Below, piece by piece: positions 37,572 through 49,680 of a stretch of 64,000 nucleotides of DNA. The stretch is taken from NCBI GenBank assembly GCA_965285935.1, contig OZ260662.1:3472001-3536000 (forward strand), in the 5' to 3' direction. A program made the translations under genes and the position numbers. Position 1 is the first letter of the stretch. Every line of letters starts with the position of its first letter. The notes under the pieces were generated by a model. That model was not told the origin of the DNA and did not search any database. It saw only the letters and a list, made by a program, of their open reading frames with translations. Source of the stretch: Ophelia neglecta. Taxonomy: Eukaryota.

Positions 37572-40500
37572 ATGAAGAGTCTTATTGTTAGGTGAGAAAT
37601 AGTTGTAGTTAAAAAATAAGTGTAACTGCATAATTCACAAAATCAACCGCTTTCAATGGTTAAATATTAATCATTAACCAGCTTTTGACCTTATCAAATA
37701 TTTTTCCTAATATTTCAGTGTGTTGCTTGTGGTCGGCGCGGCGGCGGTAAGACATATATGTTTTTTTTTATTCAACAAAATAATTGCCAAATAAATGTCA
37801 TCATTAATCGAACGCACGGCCTATTGATATTAAAAGGGGGGGGGGGAATCGTTCATCAATGGGTGTCATAACGAAGCATGATCGTTTTCGTCTTGCGCCT
37901 GATATTTGTCGGCAAACGTGTTTAGATAGGAACTGACTTTGTTACCCTCCGACGATGGGGTATTTTGCCAAACAGACACTTTGAATGAATCTTAGAATCT
38001 TACTCCTACTGTTTCAGTTGAAACATAACGTGAGCATGCAGGAGCTGTATGACGGCACGCCATTGGCCGCCGGAGACATTATCAAGCTGACCAGGACATT
38101 TGACCCCTCCATTGTTGAACTACGATGGATTTTTCGACTTCAGCTCGTTCATCCTGTCACGTGAGTAACGCGTGAATAAAGCCTTTTCCCGGGGCCTTTT
38201 ACATAACCAACGGACAGGCCCCCGAAAAAGACCTTTGTTCATTTATCGCGTTAAAACAAAAATTATTCATACAGGTGACTTCCGCAAATTCATTAAATAG
38301 GACCAGTCGGAGATGAGGTCACTGACAGTCACAATGACACTGATAACAGTGAAACCTGCCTTATAGATCACCTCTTAAATCAGACCACCTGTCAATTCAG
38401 ACCACTAGTAAAAAGACCATAGTATATAACCAGACCAGTATATACCAGTCTCTTGGTTGGTCTTTATTCACAGGTTTAATTGTAAAATTGTAAACTCGGT
38501 TTCCAGAAAGTAAAGGACTAAGCAATATTTATTTCAATAGACATTTGTACTAATATAGACCGTAAGGCTACCAAAATTTGGGACACTTGTTGTTCAATTG
38601 ATATCAAACTTTAAGGAGAGAAACGTGCCTGCAGTTTAGCAATAAGTAACACCTCCAGCTGGCCCTAATTGTCAATTTTTTTTTCCAAATTCATCAACCT
38701 GTGATTTTCGCAAGCTTACTTTTCACTTACTGGTATCCGGAAATAAGTTAAGTACACGCGCCTTACACTCCCTGTACTAACAGGTTCAATGTATTCGGCG
38801 CTGCGCTGCGAGAAAACAACAGAATAACCCTAACTCCACTCCCTACCCTAACCCAGGTCACACCCCACTCCCTACCCTAACCCACCTCACACCCCACTCC
38901 CTACCCTAGCCCACGTCACACCCCACTCCCCACCCTAACCCACGTCACACCCCACTCCCTACCCTAACCCACGTCACACCCCACTCCCTACCCTAACCCA
39001 CGTCACACCCCACTCCCTACCCTAACCCACGTCACACCCCACTCCCTACCCTAACCCACCTCACACCCCACTCCCTACCCTAACCCATGTCACACCCCAC
39101 TCCCTACCCTAACCCACGTCACACCCCACTCCCTACCCTAACCCATGTCACACCCCACTCGCTACCCTAACCCACCTCACACCCCACTCCCTACCCTAAC
39201 CCACCTAACACCCCACTCCCTACCCTAACCCACCTCACTCCCCACTCCCTACCCTAACCCACGTCACTCCCCACTCCCTACCCTAACCCACCTCACACCC
39301 CACTCCCTACCCTAACCCACCTAACACCCCACTCCCTACCCTAACCCACATCACACCCAACTCCCTACCCTAACCCACGTCACTCCCCACTCCCTACCTT
39401 AACCCACCTCACTCCCCACTCCCTACCCTAACCCACGTCACACCCCACTCCCAACCCTAACCCACGTCACACCCCACTCCCTACCCTAACCCACCTCACT
39501 CCCCACTCCCTACCCTAACCCACGTCACACCCCACTCCCTACTCTAACCCACGTCACTCCCCACTCCCTACTCTAACCCACGTAACACACCACTCCCTAC
39601 CCTAACCCACCTAACATCCCACTCCCTACCCTAACCCATGTCACACCCCACTCCCTACCTTAACCCACGTCACTCCCCACTCCCTACCCTAACCCACCTC
39701 ACACCCCACTCCCTACCCTAACCCACGTCAAACCACACTCCCTACCCTAACCCACATTACACCCCACTCCCTACCCTAACCCACGTCACACCCCACTCCC
39801 TACCCTAACCCACCTCACACCCCACTCCCTACCCTAACCCACCCCACACCCCACTCCCTACCCTAACCCATGTCACACCCCACTCCCTACCCTAACCCAC
39901 GTCACTCCCCACTCCCTACCCTAACACACCTCACACCCCACTCCCTACCCTAACCCACGTCACACCCCACTCCCTACCCTAACCCACGTCACTCCCCACT
40001 CCCTACCCTAACCCACCTCTCACCCCACTCCCTACCCTAACCCACCTCACACCCCACTCCCTACCCTAACCCACGTCACACCCCACTCCCTACCCTAACC
40101 CACGTCACACCCCACTCCCTACCCTAACCCACCTCACACCCCACTCCCTACCCTAACCCACATTACACCCCACTCCCTACCCTAACCCACGTCACACCCC
40201 ACTCCCTACCCTAACCCACGTCACACCCCACTCCCTACCCTAACCCACGTCACACCCCACTCCCTACCCTAACCCACGTCACCCCCTACCCTAACCCACC
40301 TCACACCCCACTCCCTACCCTAACCCACGTCACACCCCACTCCCTACCCTAACCCACGTCACTCCCTACCCTAACCCACCTCACACCCCACTCCCTACCC
40401 TAACCCTCGTGATACCCAAATCTCAGTACAGAGGCAGACCGGCAGCGCCGAGTCAAGCGGAGCAGGGCTAACGTGCCGAATACAGATACTAAAAATACAG

Positions 40501-43149
40501 AGGAGTGTGAAGGAAAATCAATGTGGGGTGGGGGGGGGGGGGGGGGTAACTTTATATTAGCGGCATAAGGGACGAAATCAAGATGGGGGGGGGGGGGGGG
40601 GGCTCGGAAAAGATAATTTAGGTTTATGATATACTCCAAATTAAAAAGATAATACACGGAATATTGAGGAAATCTTGTGAAATAATTTACTCATATTCAA
40701 AAGTGAGAGGGTCATCATAAAAAAGTGGGGTGGGGGGGGCCAAAAAATATGATGGCCCCCTACTTTTTTAGTTTCTCCCTACCCTAACCCACGTCACTCC
40801 CCACTCCCTACCCTAACCCACCTAACACCCCACTCCCTACCCTAACCCACATCACACCCCACTCCCTACCCTAACCCACGTCACTCCCCACTCCCTACCT
40901 TAACCCACCTCACTCCCCACTCCCTACCCTAACCCACGTCACACCCCACTCCCAACCCTAACCCACGTCACACCCCACTCCCTACCCTAACCCACCTCAC
41001 TCCCCACTCCCTACCCTTACCCACGTCACACCCCACTCCCTACTCTAACCCACGTCACTCCCCACTCCCTACTCTAACCCACGTAACACACCACTCCCTA
41101 CCCTAACCCACCTAACATCCCACTCCCTACCCTAACCCATGTCACACCCCACTCCCTACCTTAACCCACGTCCCTCCCCACTCCCTACCCTAACCCACCT
41201 CACACCCCACTCCATACCCTAACCCACGTCAAACCACACTCCCTACCCTAACCCACATTACACCCCACTCCCTACCCTAACCCACGTCACACCCCACTCC
41301 CTACCCTAACCCACCTCACACCCCACTCCCTACCCTAACCCATGTCACACCCCACTCCCTACCCTAACCCACGTCACTCCTCACTCCCTACCCTAACCCA
41401 CCTCACACCCCACTCCCTACCCTAACCCACGTCACACCCCACTCCCTACCCTAACCCACGTCACTCCCCACTCCCTACCCTAACCCACCTCACACCCCAC
41501 TCCCTACCCTAACCCACCTCACACCCCACTCCCTACCCTAACCCACCTCACACCCCACTCCCTACCCTAACCCACCTCACACCCCACTCCCTACCCTAAC
41601 CCACCTCACACCCCACTCCCTACCCTAACCCACATTACACCCCACTCCCTTCCCTAACCCACCTCACACCCCACTCCCTACCCTAACCCACGTCACACCC
41701 CACTCCCTACCCTAACCCACGTCACACCCCACTCCCTACCCTAACCCACGTCACACCCCACTCCCTACCCTAACCCACGTCACCCCCTACCCTAACCCAC
41801 CTCACACCCCACTCCCTACCCTAACCCACGTCACACCCCACTCCCTACCCTAACCCACGTCACTCCCTACCCTAACCCACCTCACACCCCACTCCCTACC
41901 CTAACTCTCGTGATACCCAAATCTCAGTACAGAGGCAGACCGGCAGCGCCGAGTCAAGCGGAGCAGGGCTAACGTGCCGAATACAGATACTAAAAATACA
42001 GAGGAGTGTGAAGGAAAATCAATGTGGGGTAGGGGGGGGGGGGGTAACTTTATATTAGCGGCATAAGGGACGAAATCAAGATGGGGGGGGGGGGGCTCGG
42101 AAAAGATAATTTAGGTTTATGATATACTCCAAATTTAAAAAGATAATACACGGAATATTGAGGAAATCTTGTGAAATAATTTACTCATATTCAAAAGTGA
42201 GAGGGTCATCATAAAAAAGTGGGGTGGGGGGGCCAAAAAATATGATGGCCCCCTACTTTTTTAGTTTCTTATATCGGCCCCCGCCCCCCCGGCTTCCTAC
42301 GCCACTGAAATAACCCGAGTATGTGACCTAGAGAACGGTAAGTGAGACGCTCCGATCGGTAAGCGAAATCCTGCAGGAAGTTTCTTCGAGGCTTCAGTGT
42401 TTCTTTCCTGAAATATTTGTGAAATAAAGTATTGATATTAATTTTGTAGTTCCTGGAAGGCTATTAAGCTACACAGTCAAGGGGACAGCAGCTACAGCCA
42501 CCTGGTGTGCGAGCTGAAAGACAACCAGATCCCCACCGAGGTAGGTCTGAGAAGATACCGTAAATAATCTAATAGTAGACGCATACCCCATAAAGTACGC
42601 ACCGCTAGTTTTAGAATAAGGCTGGGTCATAGCTTACTTTGGGATTTTATACTTAAAATTCTTTTAAAGGAACTTTTGTTTTTAAGTTCATTGTTTTCTA
42701 GACCTGAAGAAAGAAAATTTATAATATATTATATCAAATACTTTGTATGTAGTTGGCTCATCTGCGCATCTTTTAATTGCCCTCAGAAAGTCGGCTAATT
42801 CTGCGCAATAATTTGGGCTAATCCCTAGCAGGAAGTAGGCTTATACCGCCCCCCCACCTCCCGCCAACCCCCACCCCACCACCCCTCACATCCCAGCCCA
42901 CCCCACCGCCCTAGCACACACAAAAAACCGAGGGCGCGTCGCTATAGTCTGCTGAGTGTCTAGTCCTGTTTTTAAAGGCTATACGTGTATCATTGATTCC
43001 AGGTATTCATGCGTGATGTACACTTGGCCCCTACCAATGTAGTGTTTTGGAAGAACGCGCTGATCGGAAGTGAGGCCACCTACATACTTACGGATCCCGC
43101 TTTCGAACCCGGTTACATCTACAACTTCGCCTGGCTGAGGGACTCGTAG
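37572..43149 (+). CDS. Unknown secreted protein family, paralogue D (142 aa, 5 exons)
   Basis: Exons 37572-37591, 37719-37746, 38018-38160, 42450-42540, 43003-43149: MKSLIVSVLLVVGAAALKHNVSMQELYDGTPLAAGDIIKLTRTFDPSIVELRWIFRLQLVHPVTSWKAIKLHSQGDSSYSHLVCELKDNQIPTEVFMRDVHLAPTNVVFWKNALIGSEATYILTDPAFEPGYIYNFAWLRDS*. Same exon 3/4 lengths (143, 91) as C; AATAAA near 43223. Confidence 0.87.
38346..38484. mobile_element. MITE (ACAGTGAAACCTG ... CAGGTTTAATTGTA)
   Basis: Same termini family as 9631-9810. Confidence 0.6.
38828..41905. repeat. 29-bp minisatellite containing CCCTAA (CCCTACCCTAACCCACGTCACACCCCACT)n, in two blocks
   Basis: Blocks at 38828-40405 and 40775-41905 within intron 3 of paralogue D. 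Confidence 0.95.
39245..42268 (+). repeat. ~1.5-kb tandem segmental duplication (39245-40776 / 40777-42268)
   Basis: The non-repetitive segment 40406-40776 is repeated nearly identically at 41906-42268, and the order of satellite variants is also duplicated. Confidence 0.85.
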
Positions 43150-45335
43150 CCGTCCGGAGGAGAGTGTACACCGGAGGAACTCCGACCGGGGGCTGTATGA
43201 CCACCTGTACTACTATCATGGCAATAAAACATATTGAAAAATGTGAACTTGAATGATATGTCAATATGCGTATTAAGCACACAGAAAAAGGAAAAAGATG
43301 GCTTCAAAACAACTTATTGTTAAACCCTTTATTGTTGTTGAGCGGAATTACCCGTCTTTCCCTTACATGAAATAAACACTAAAATCAAGGATTGTAAATA
43401 ACTCATAAATGTACCCATCTTCCTAAGGTATGGACTCCGGGGATTGCTTAGTATGTTTCGCCGGGGGGGGGGGGGGGAGAAACGACAAAATGTTACCGGC
43501 ACACCTCTAACACAGAATACTATTTCCACTTAATCCCACTATTTCCAATTGATCCCAATATTTTCACAAGGCACTTAAATTGAACCTTTGTAAAAACGGA
43601 ATAAATGATGTTATACCTGAGAAAACGGCACATGACGCCTGCGATAGCATTTTTTATTATTATTATTATTTTTTTGCACTTAATCGTTTATTGATCTCTC
43701 ACACTAACTCGTACATCGGCCACTTTTACATGCAAGTATACCCATGCCAGGGTTTGCACAAATCTCACAACTCAAAACAATAGCCCTATTAAATTATCCA
43801 ATTGTCTTGAGTGTAGGGCACTACAAGTGTGGTCATCTAATTAAAGGGCTTCAAATCTCTTCATGCCTGTTCACACGGACTATCAACGCGCAGAAATTCC
43901 ATGACTCATTGTTCATTGCTAGTTGTTTTGGCTGCACGAATTTTTTTTTATTTTTATTATACTTAGTGGCAGATGCAGGATTTCTGGTTTTCCCCGTTAC
44001 CAACTCTCTGAAACCACATTGTGTGTGTCCATAAATACCACACCCCCCCCCCCCCTCCGATTCCGCTACTGATACTCTAAATATAAAACTAATGTAACGT
44101 GGTATAGTATCCTCGAGTCTACATTGATATATAGCATGTTAAGGAAGCACACAGCCTCCTCGTTAAAGGACGCCTGCACCGCTGAACAGACCACTAGAAC
44201 CTTATCAAATGTGTGTTCAAGGAATGTTATTGCAAAAACATGGGAAACTGACACCTGAGGCTTCCGATAATAGGTGAAAGGATAAAAATAGCATCAACGT
44301 TAGTGTATCTGGGAGGACAACAACACAACAAGTTAATTAAATCAAATATGACTGCAGGAAAAGTATCTGCAGGAAAGCGGAGGGGACGGGGGCGTCAAGA
44401 GTGCGGGGAGTAGGTATGGGGGGGGGGGGCGGAAAGGGAGGACAGGGGGGGGGTGTATCAGATGGGGGTATGCTGGCTATGCTACTCGCGCCATTACACT
44501 TTTTTTTCTAAAAACCCAACTGCCGTTAAAAAATGGGAAGTGCGCCTGACTTTTACTTTAAATGTATCTAGGCACCGGGAGAGGGAGGGGGGGCTACACC
44601 AGACGCTGGTATTGGATAGACGCTGCTCGCTCGCCATGACAAGATTTTCCAAATTCGGAATGTAGTTTTTCAAATATGCTCATTTTGCATGATCCGACTA
44701 CCAATAACTTGATTAAATAAATAAAGACTGTGAATAAAATCCTATGTGTTTTATACCTTGTTTATAAACAATATAACTGTTCATATACTTCTTACTTGTT
44801 ATGTTGATAATACGAATAACGTACACGGTATGTGATTGGATGAATATTAAATACTGTGTAGGCCTATAAGTCGCTGTACAGCTAGTCGAAGTGTGGGAGC
44901 GACAACATGCCTACCCACTTGACCCTTCCAAGGTTAACGGTTTCAGATAAATATAAATGCTTGAGCGTTATGAATACACGTACTCCCAGCCAATCAGCGG
45001 GAGTTGTCCCTGACATTCAAGGCCAGTTGTACCTGACCTTGAGGGCCATGTGTCCCTGACCTTCAAGGCCAGTTGTACCTGACCTTGAGGGCCATGTGTC
45101 CCTGAACCTCAGGGGGTATTGTTCTTTTATCAATAAACACACTTTTATCAATAAACAAATGGCGATTATCCGGTAGATAATGCGTTCACTATCACCATTG
45201 ATCACATTTACCGTTGGCAACGTGGGAATATCCATCTGCAGCAGTATAGAAAAATAAACCTATTAAGTACACCTTCTTGGGAAATCAACTTTTCCTGCGC
45301 GCGCAACAAAAATATAGTTTCCTCTGTACTACAAA

Positions 45336-48326
45336 ATGGCGGCCAGATTATTGTATTTCTTGGGGTACGTTTTTCCTGTTTTTAACATGATATATAGCAT
45401 AACGTCTGAGTATTCAATGATTTACCCAATGAAATATTTCATCTGGCGTAGTAATACAATCCGTCTTTCCGTTTGTAGTTATTGCAGTGAGAGGCGTGTT
45501 GTTCTCTGGTTCCTTTATGAGTTTTTGTTTATTACAGGTTGGCTGTCTTCGCAAAAGCTCAAAGCGTAAGTGCACACAATTGCTTTCTTAACGGAAATAA
45601 CATTGATTTGAAACCAAATGACCAAAATAATCATGGGAAAACAAAACGTTGAAATATAATGTCGATAGCGTAATTGCAGTAGAAGTACATAGTCTGCTTT
45701 CTGGAAGTGGTCAAAAGTCCCATCTTTGATTACCCTCAGAAAACAACAATTTAAATCGGAGTCAAAGTGCTTAATAGGTCTTAACTTGCTAATCGGGGTT
45801 CCTGGGAGCTAGATTTGGTATCAAACCTAGCCATCTATGTCCTGAACGTAATCCTGGCAAAAGGAAACACCAATTAATCTGGACTCGGCTATCAGTACTA
45901 CTCTAATCTGTCCAAAACTTAATATTCCTTCAATAAACCCGGCACTGAGTGGTGATTATTGTAATAACGTACTGACTGTTTACTAAGTGTCAACTATCAA
46001 AATAACATACTAACTCTTCACTGAGTGGTAATTATTGGAATAACATACTGACTGATGACAAAGTGGTGATTATTACAAAAACATACTGACTGTTCAGTAA
46101 GTGGTGATTATTGCAATAACGCACTGACTATTCACTAAGTGGTAATTATTAGAATAACGTACTGACTGTTCACTAAGTGGTGATTATTGTAATAACGTAC
46201 TGACTTTTCACCAAGTGTTAATTATAGTAATATCGTACTGATTATTCACTAAGTGGTAATTAATGAAGTAGCGTAATGACTGTTCACTAAGAGAACCATT
46301 TTTCCTACCCGTGATTAGTGGGAACATGACGTGACGTGCGAGCAGCTCCTCGCCGGAGCTACCCTACAGGGTGGAGACATTATACAGATGACGACCACCG
46401 TCGATCCATGCATTCCGGCCACTAAAACGGCCTTAACCTTGGCACTGTCCTCCGCCGTCCGCGACTGGAAGGTAAGTTCACGATAAGAAAGCTGGGCCTA
46501 ATGTAACCCAAAGGGGAGAAGGGTAAAGTCGCGCATCGCTTATTGCCGCGCATAATTGGAATAATTCCGCGCAGGAAGTATGCCAATTCCGTGCATAGTG
46601 TTAAGACAAACACTTTTCCATTTTATCCAACGCAGTCAGTTGTATTATCCCGCGTATGTCCGCGCGGAACAAACCTAATCCCTGCGCGGAATTAAACGAT
46701 ACGCGATATCACCCAGCTTTCCCCTAAATCAGCGTGATACTTTTGTACGTACAGGTAGACACCGGAACTACATGCACTTATGCAGGCGGGGAATCGGGTA
46801 ATTTCACGCATAGCTTCAATCCGCGCAGTATGTAGCCTTATTCGTCAGGGAATATAATATTTGGCGGTCTCACTAATACACGGCTTCGGTAGATTACTAA
46901 AACACAGCTTGGTGTGATTACTAATACACACCTTGGTGTGATTATTAATACACAGTTTGGTGTGATTACTAATACACAGCTTGGTGTGATTACTAATACA
47001 CACCTTGGTGTGATTACTAATACACAGATAGGTGTGATTACTAATACACAGATAGTTGTGATTGCTAATACACAGCTTGGTGTGATTACTAATACACAGC
47101 TTGGCATGATTACTAATACAGTCGATGTTGGGCACAGTAATAGGAATTTTTAAGGTACATGGTGTCCGCCTAAAATTTCAATATAAGAACATGTATCGAA
47201 AGGAGTGTGTCTGGCTGTCAGGCTGCGGTATTGCCGCCGTCGATGTAGGGTGGGTGGGTGTAGTAGACATGTCGGGCCCTTAAGATTGGGTGATATCTGT
47301 TATTGTATAGCTCTTGCTAGTTATTGTTTCTATGTTATTACATTTACAGGCCTTAAAGCTGATACCTACCATCGTAACACCCGACCCAGAGCAAACTCTG
47401 GCGGAGATTGAGAAATCGCAGGTAGGATATCCAGATCTGCCAGACAGATAGTCTGAACTATATTTGTAAGAGCCACGGAACGTGTTGACTTTGTTTTCTA
47501 TATGAACTCATTGCGTAGTGATCATGTTACTTCGGACTGATCCCCTAGGGATTTAGCGCTTAAGGCATAAGACAGCCATCACTGTTGATTATACTGTAAC
47601 TTCTCATCATAAAGTCGATATATTGTGCCATCCCAACGATCGTGGCATTGAGCATTGATACTACTTTGTTATTTCGTATTCAACTTAATTCCTATTAACT
47701 TGTACAATGCTACGGTGGTATGTGAACCAAGTCTTCAGAGATCACCTGTTATTACCAAGGTTCGATGCAGGTCACTCGGAGGCCCCTGCTTAATCCCCCC
47801 CCCCTTCTTCCCCATCCCCCTCCCGCCCATCCTCATCCATCCCCCTTGTATTAACCAGGCCCTCTTTCAGTGGCGGATCCAGGATTTCAGAAAGGGGGGG
47901 GGCGCAAATTTTCCAAGGTTGACAAGGCCAATGTCTGGATTGTCCCCAGTACAATCCCTCTGAAACCACCTTGCGTAGATCCAGAAAAAGGCCCTGGTCC
48001 GGGCTCACTTTTTGACAAAAGGGGGGGGCGGCCCCCCTGCGCCCCCCCCCCCCTCAATCCGCCACTGCCATCTTCCTTGCCAGTCATCTTATTCCCTTCT
48101 CCCCAAAATGTTTGCCTGTATGGCAGTTATGTAAAACACACCTGGTTCCTTTGTTCCTCCCCAGGTGGCCGAGGTTGTACATATCTCCCGAGACTTGCTG
48201 CTTAACCACCACGTGATCCTATACACTGAGGCCATCATTGGAGTCAAGGGGGTGTACAGGATCCTGCAGCCCCATGCCTGCTTCGAGGGGGGTGTCCACT
48301 ACCGGCTGACCTGGACCAAGGACTAG
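45336..48326 (+). CDS. Unknown secreted protein family, paralogue E (147 aa, 5 exons)
   Basis: Exons 45336-45364, 45538-45565, 46319-46471, 47350-47421, 48165-48326: MAARLLYFLGLAVFAKAQSWEHDVTCEQLLAGATLQGGDIIQMTTTVDPCIPATKTALTLALSSAVRDWKALKLIPTIVTPDPEQTLAEIEKSQVAEVVHISRDLLLNHHVILYTEAIIGVKGVYRILQPHACFEGGVHYRLTWTKD*. AATAAA near 48412. Confidence 0.87.
45943..46291. repeat. ~38-bp tandem repeat in intron 2 of paralogue E
   Basis: About 9 copies of CACTAAGTGGTGATTATTGTAATAACGTACTGACTGTT-like units. Confidence 0.85.
46871..47120. repeat. 24-bp tandem repeat (TACTAATACACAGCTTGGTGTGAT)
   Basis: About 10 copies; source of the CVLVITPS / CISNHTKL repetitive ORFs. Confidence 0.9.
47868..48067. mobile_element. 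MITE-like element (CAGTGGCGGATCC ... ATCCGCCACTG)
   Basis: Inverted termini with G/C tracts; related to 3726-3926. Confidence 0.7.
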
Positions 48327-49329
48327 GAGACTATAGGAGAAGGCTGTCTCCGGACTGGACCAAAAACCCGACAGTTAATATCGATTGAACATAACCTGCT
48401 TTAAATTGGGGAATAAACAAATACATAAATAATTCTCTTCCCTTTGCGTTATTTATTATTGTACTCTGTCTTTGCCATGTAACTTTTGAAGGCTGCCGGG
48501 GGTGGCTGTAGTCGGCCCTGTGTGGGCTTCATCGCTATTAAGTTTTATATTCGCTTCGCTGTGGTTGACCATAAGTCCGATACGTTATTAGGAGAGAGGG
48601 GTCGTTCAGTTAATGAATCCGAGTTAGTCATGGTAAGACGGACTGCAGCTTAAAAGTACTTATAATGTACTTATATTTATGCATTTATACAACAGGAAGC
48701 TTTCTTACAGAGCCGAATATTAAACGTATCAAGAAATGAATGCTGCCATCTAGTGACCATCTCTGTACTATTATCTGCGCTTATCAACGATTTTTGCTGA
48801 CAACTAGCGAGCGGATTATAAGTTGCAGTAAGACATTGAACTGGTGGCTGCGACTTACTGGAATTTCAGATATAATGACTTTTCAATGTAAATGGCTCAA
48901 ACCAAAGTCAGGCCTTCAGCTTAAAGACAACCCGTTTAACCATACTCCGCACCGATCACGCCAATACCATCAAAGTACGTGTGTATCGGCGGTAAGCGGA
49001 AGTGGCAACTATCATTACTACAACATACATGGAACTTAAAATAAACCAAATACGGGAGAGTTAGTTGCAGGCGTCCCAGAAATAGATCGTTATCGAATTA
49101 CGAGCTGCCCATTTTGGACTGATTGATACTACTTAGGGCATAGCAGCACGCGCAGGATGGTTTCTTACCATTATTCATCATAAAATAAGCAATCAGATTA
49201 TTGCCCAATTCACGTCCGAAACAACCATTGGTGGCGCTGCGCACAAAACTACATCCGGTGACCCATCGGACAAGCCAGGTATTGTAAACTGCTCTACCCA
49301 CTCGATATTCTCGTGTTATCTCCGTAATT

Positions 49330-49680
49330 ATGGCAGAAAATGAGGATCAACAGATAAAGCATACACTTAAAACGTTGAAGAAAAGATTAAAGAACCTAGG
49401 GCAGCCTTAATAATCCGGCACTTAACAGGAACTTATTGATCGTTTAAGATGTACGGAAACACTTCAATTGAAGGAGATGTCGGACAACGATCCCGCACAT
49501 GTCTTTGACAGCTCTATCGCTTGCTTCCAATTTACCGGCCCTCTCGGTGAAATATTGCCTAGACCGGAGACTTTGAAAAACTGGATTGGAGATTTTGTCG
49601 AAATGCCTACAATCACTGACAATATAATAAACAACTATATTGTTTTAACCAGTCATAGTCCATTTGATTTAACAACTAAT
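49330..49680 (+). pseudogene. Decayed SAP-domain-containing ORF, probably transposon-derived
   Basis: One frame from ATG 49330 reads MAENEDQQIKHTLKTLKKRLKNLGQP**SGT*QELIDRLR (SAP-like L..LK..LK..G...SG...LI.RL) and continues to WIGDFVEMPTITDNIINNY, with 3 in-frame stops. Confidence 0.55.

Noticed and set aside
38828-41905. True telomere or interstitial (TTAGGG)n
   Set aside because: There is only one CCCTAA per 29-bp unit and the array is intronic.
46838-47153. Cys/His-periodic ORFs (CISNHTKL, CVLVITPS)
   Set aside because: Translations of an intronic 24-bp repeat.
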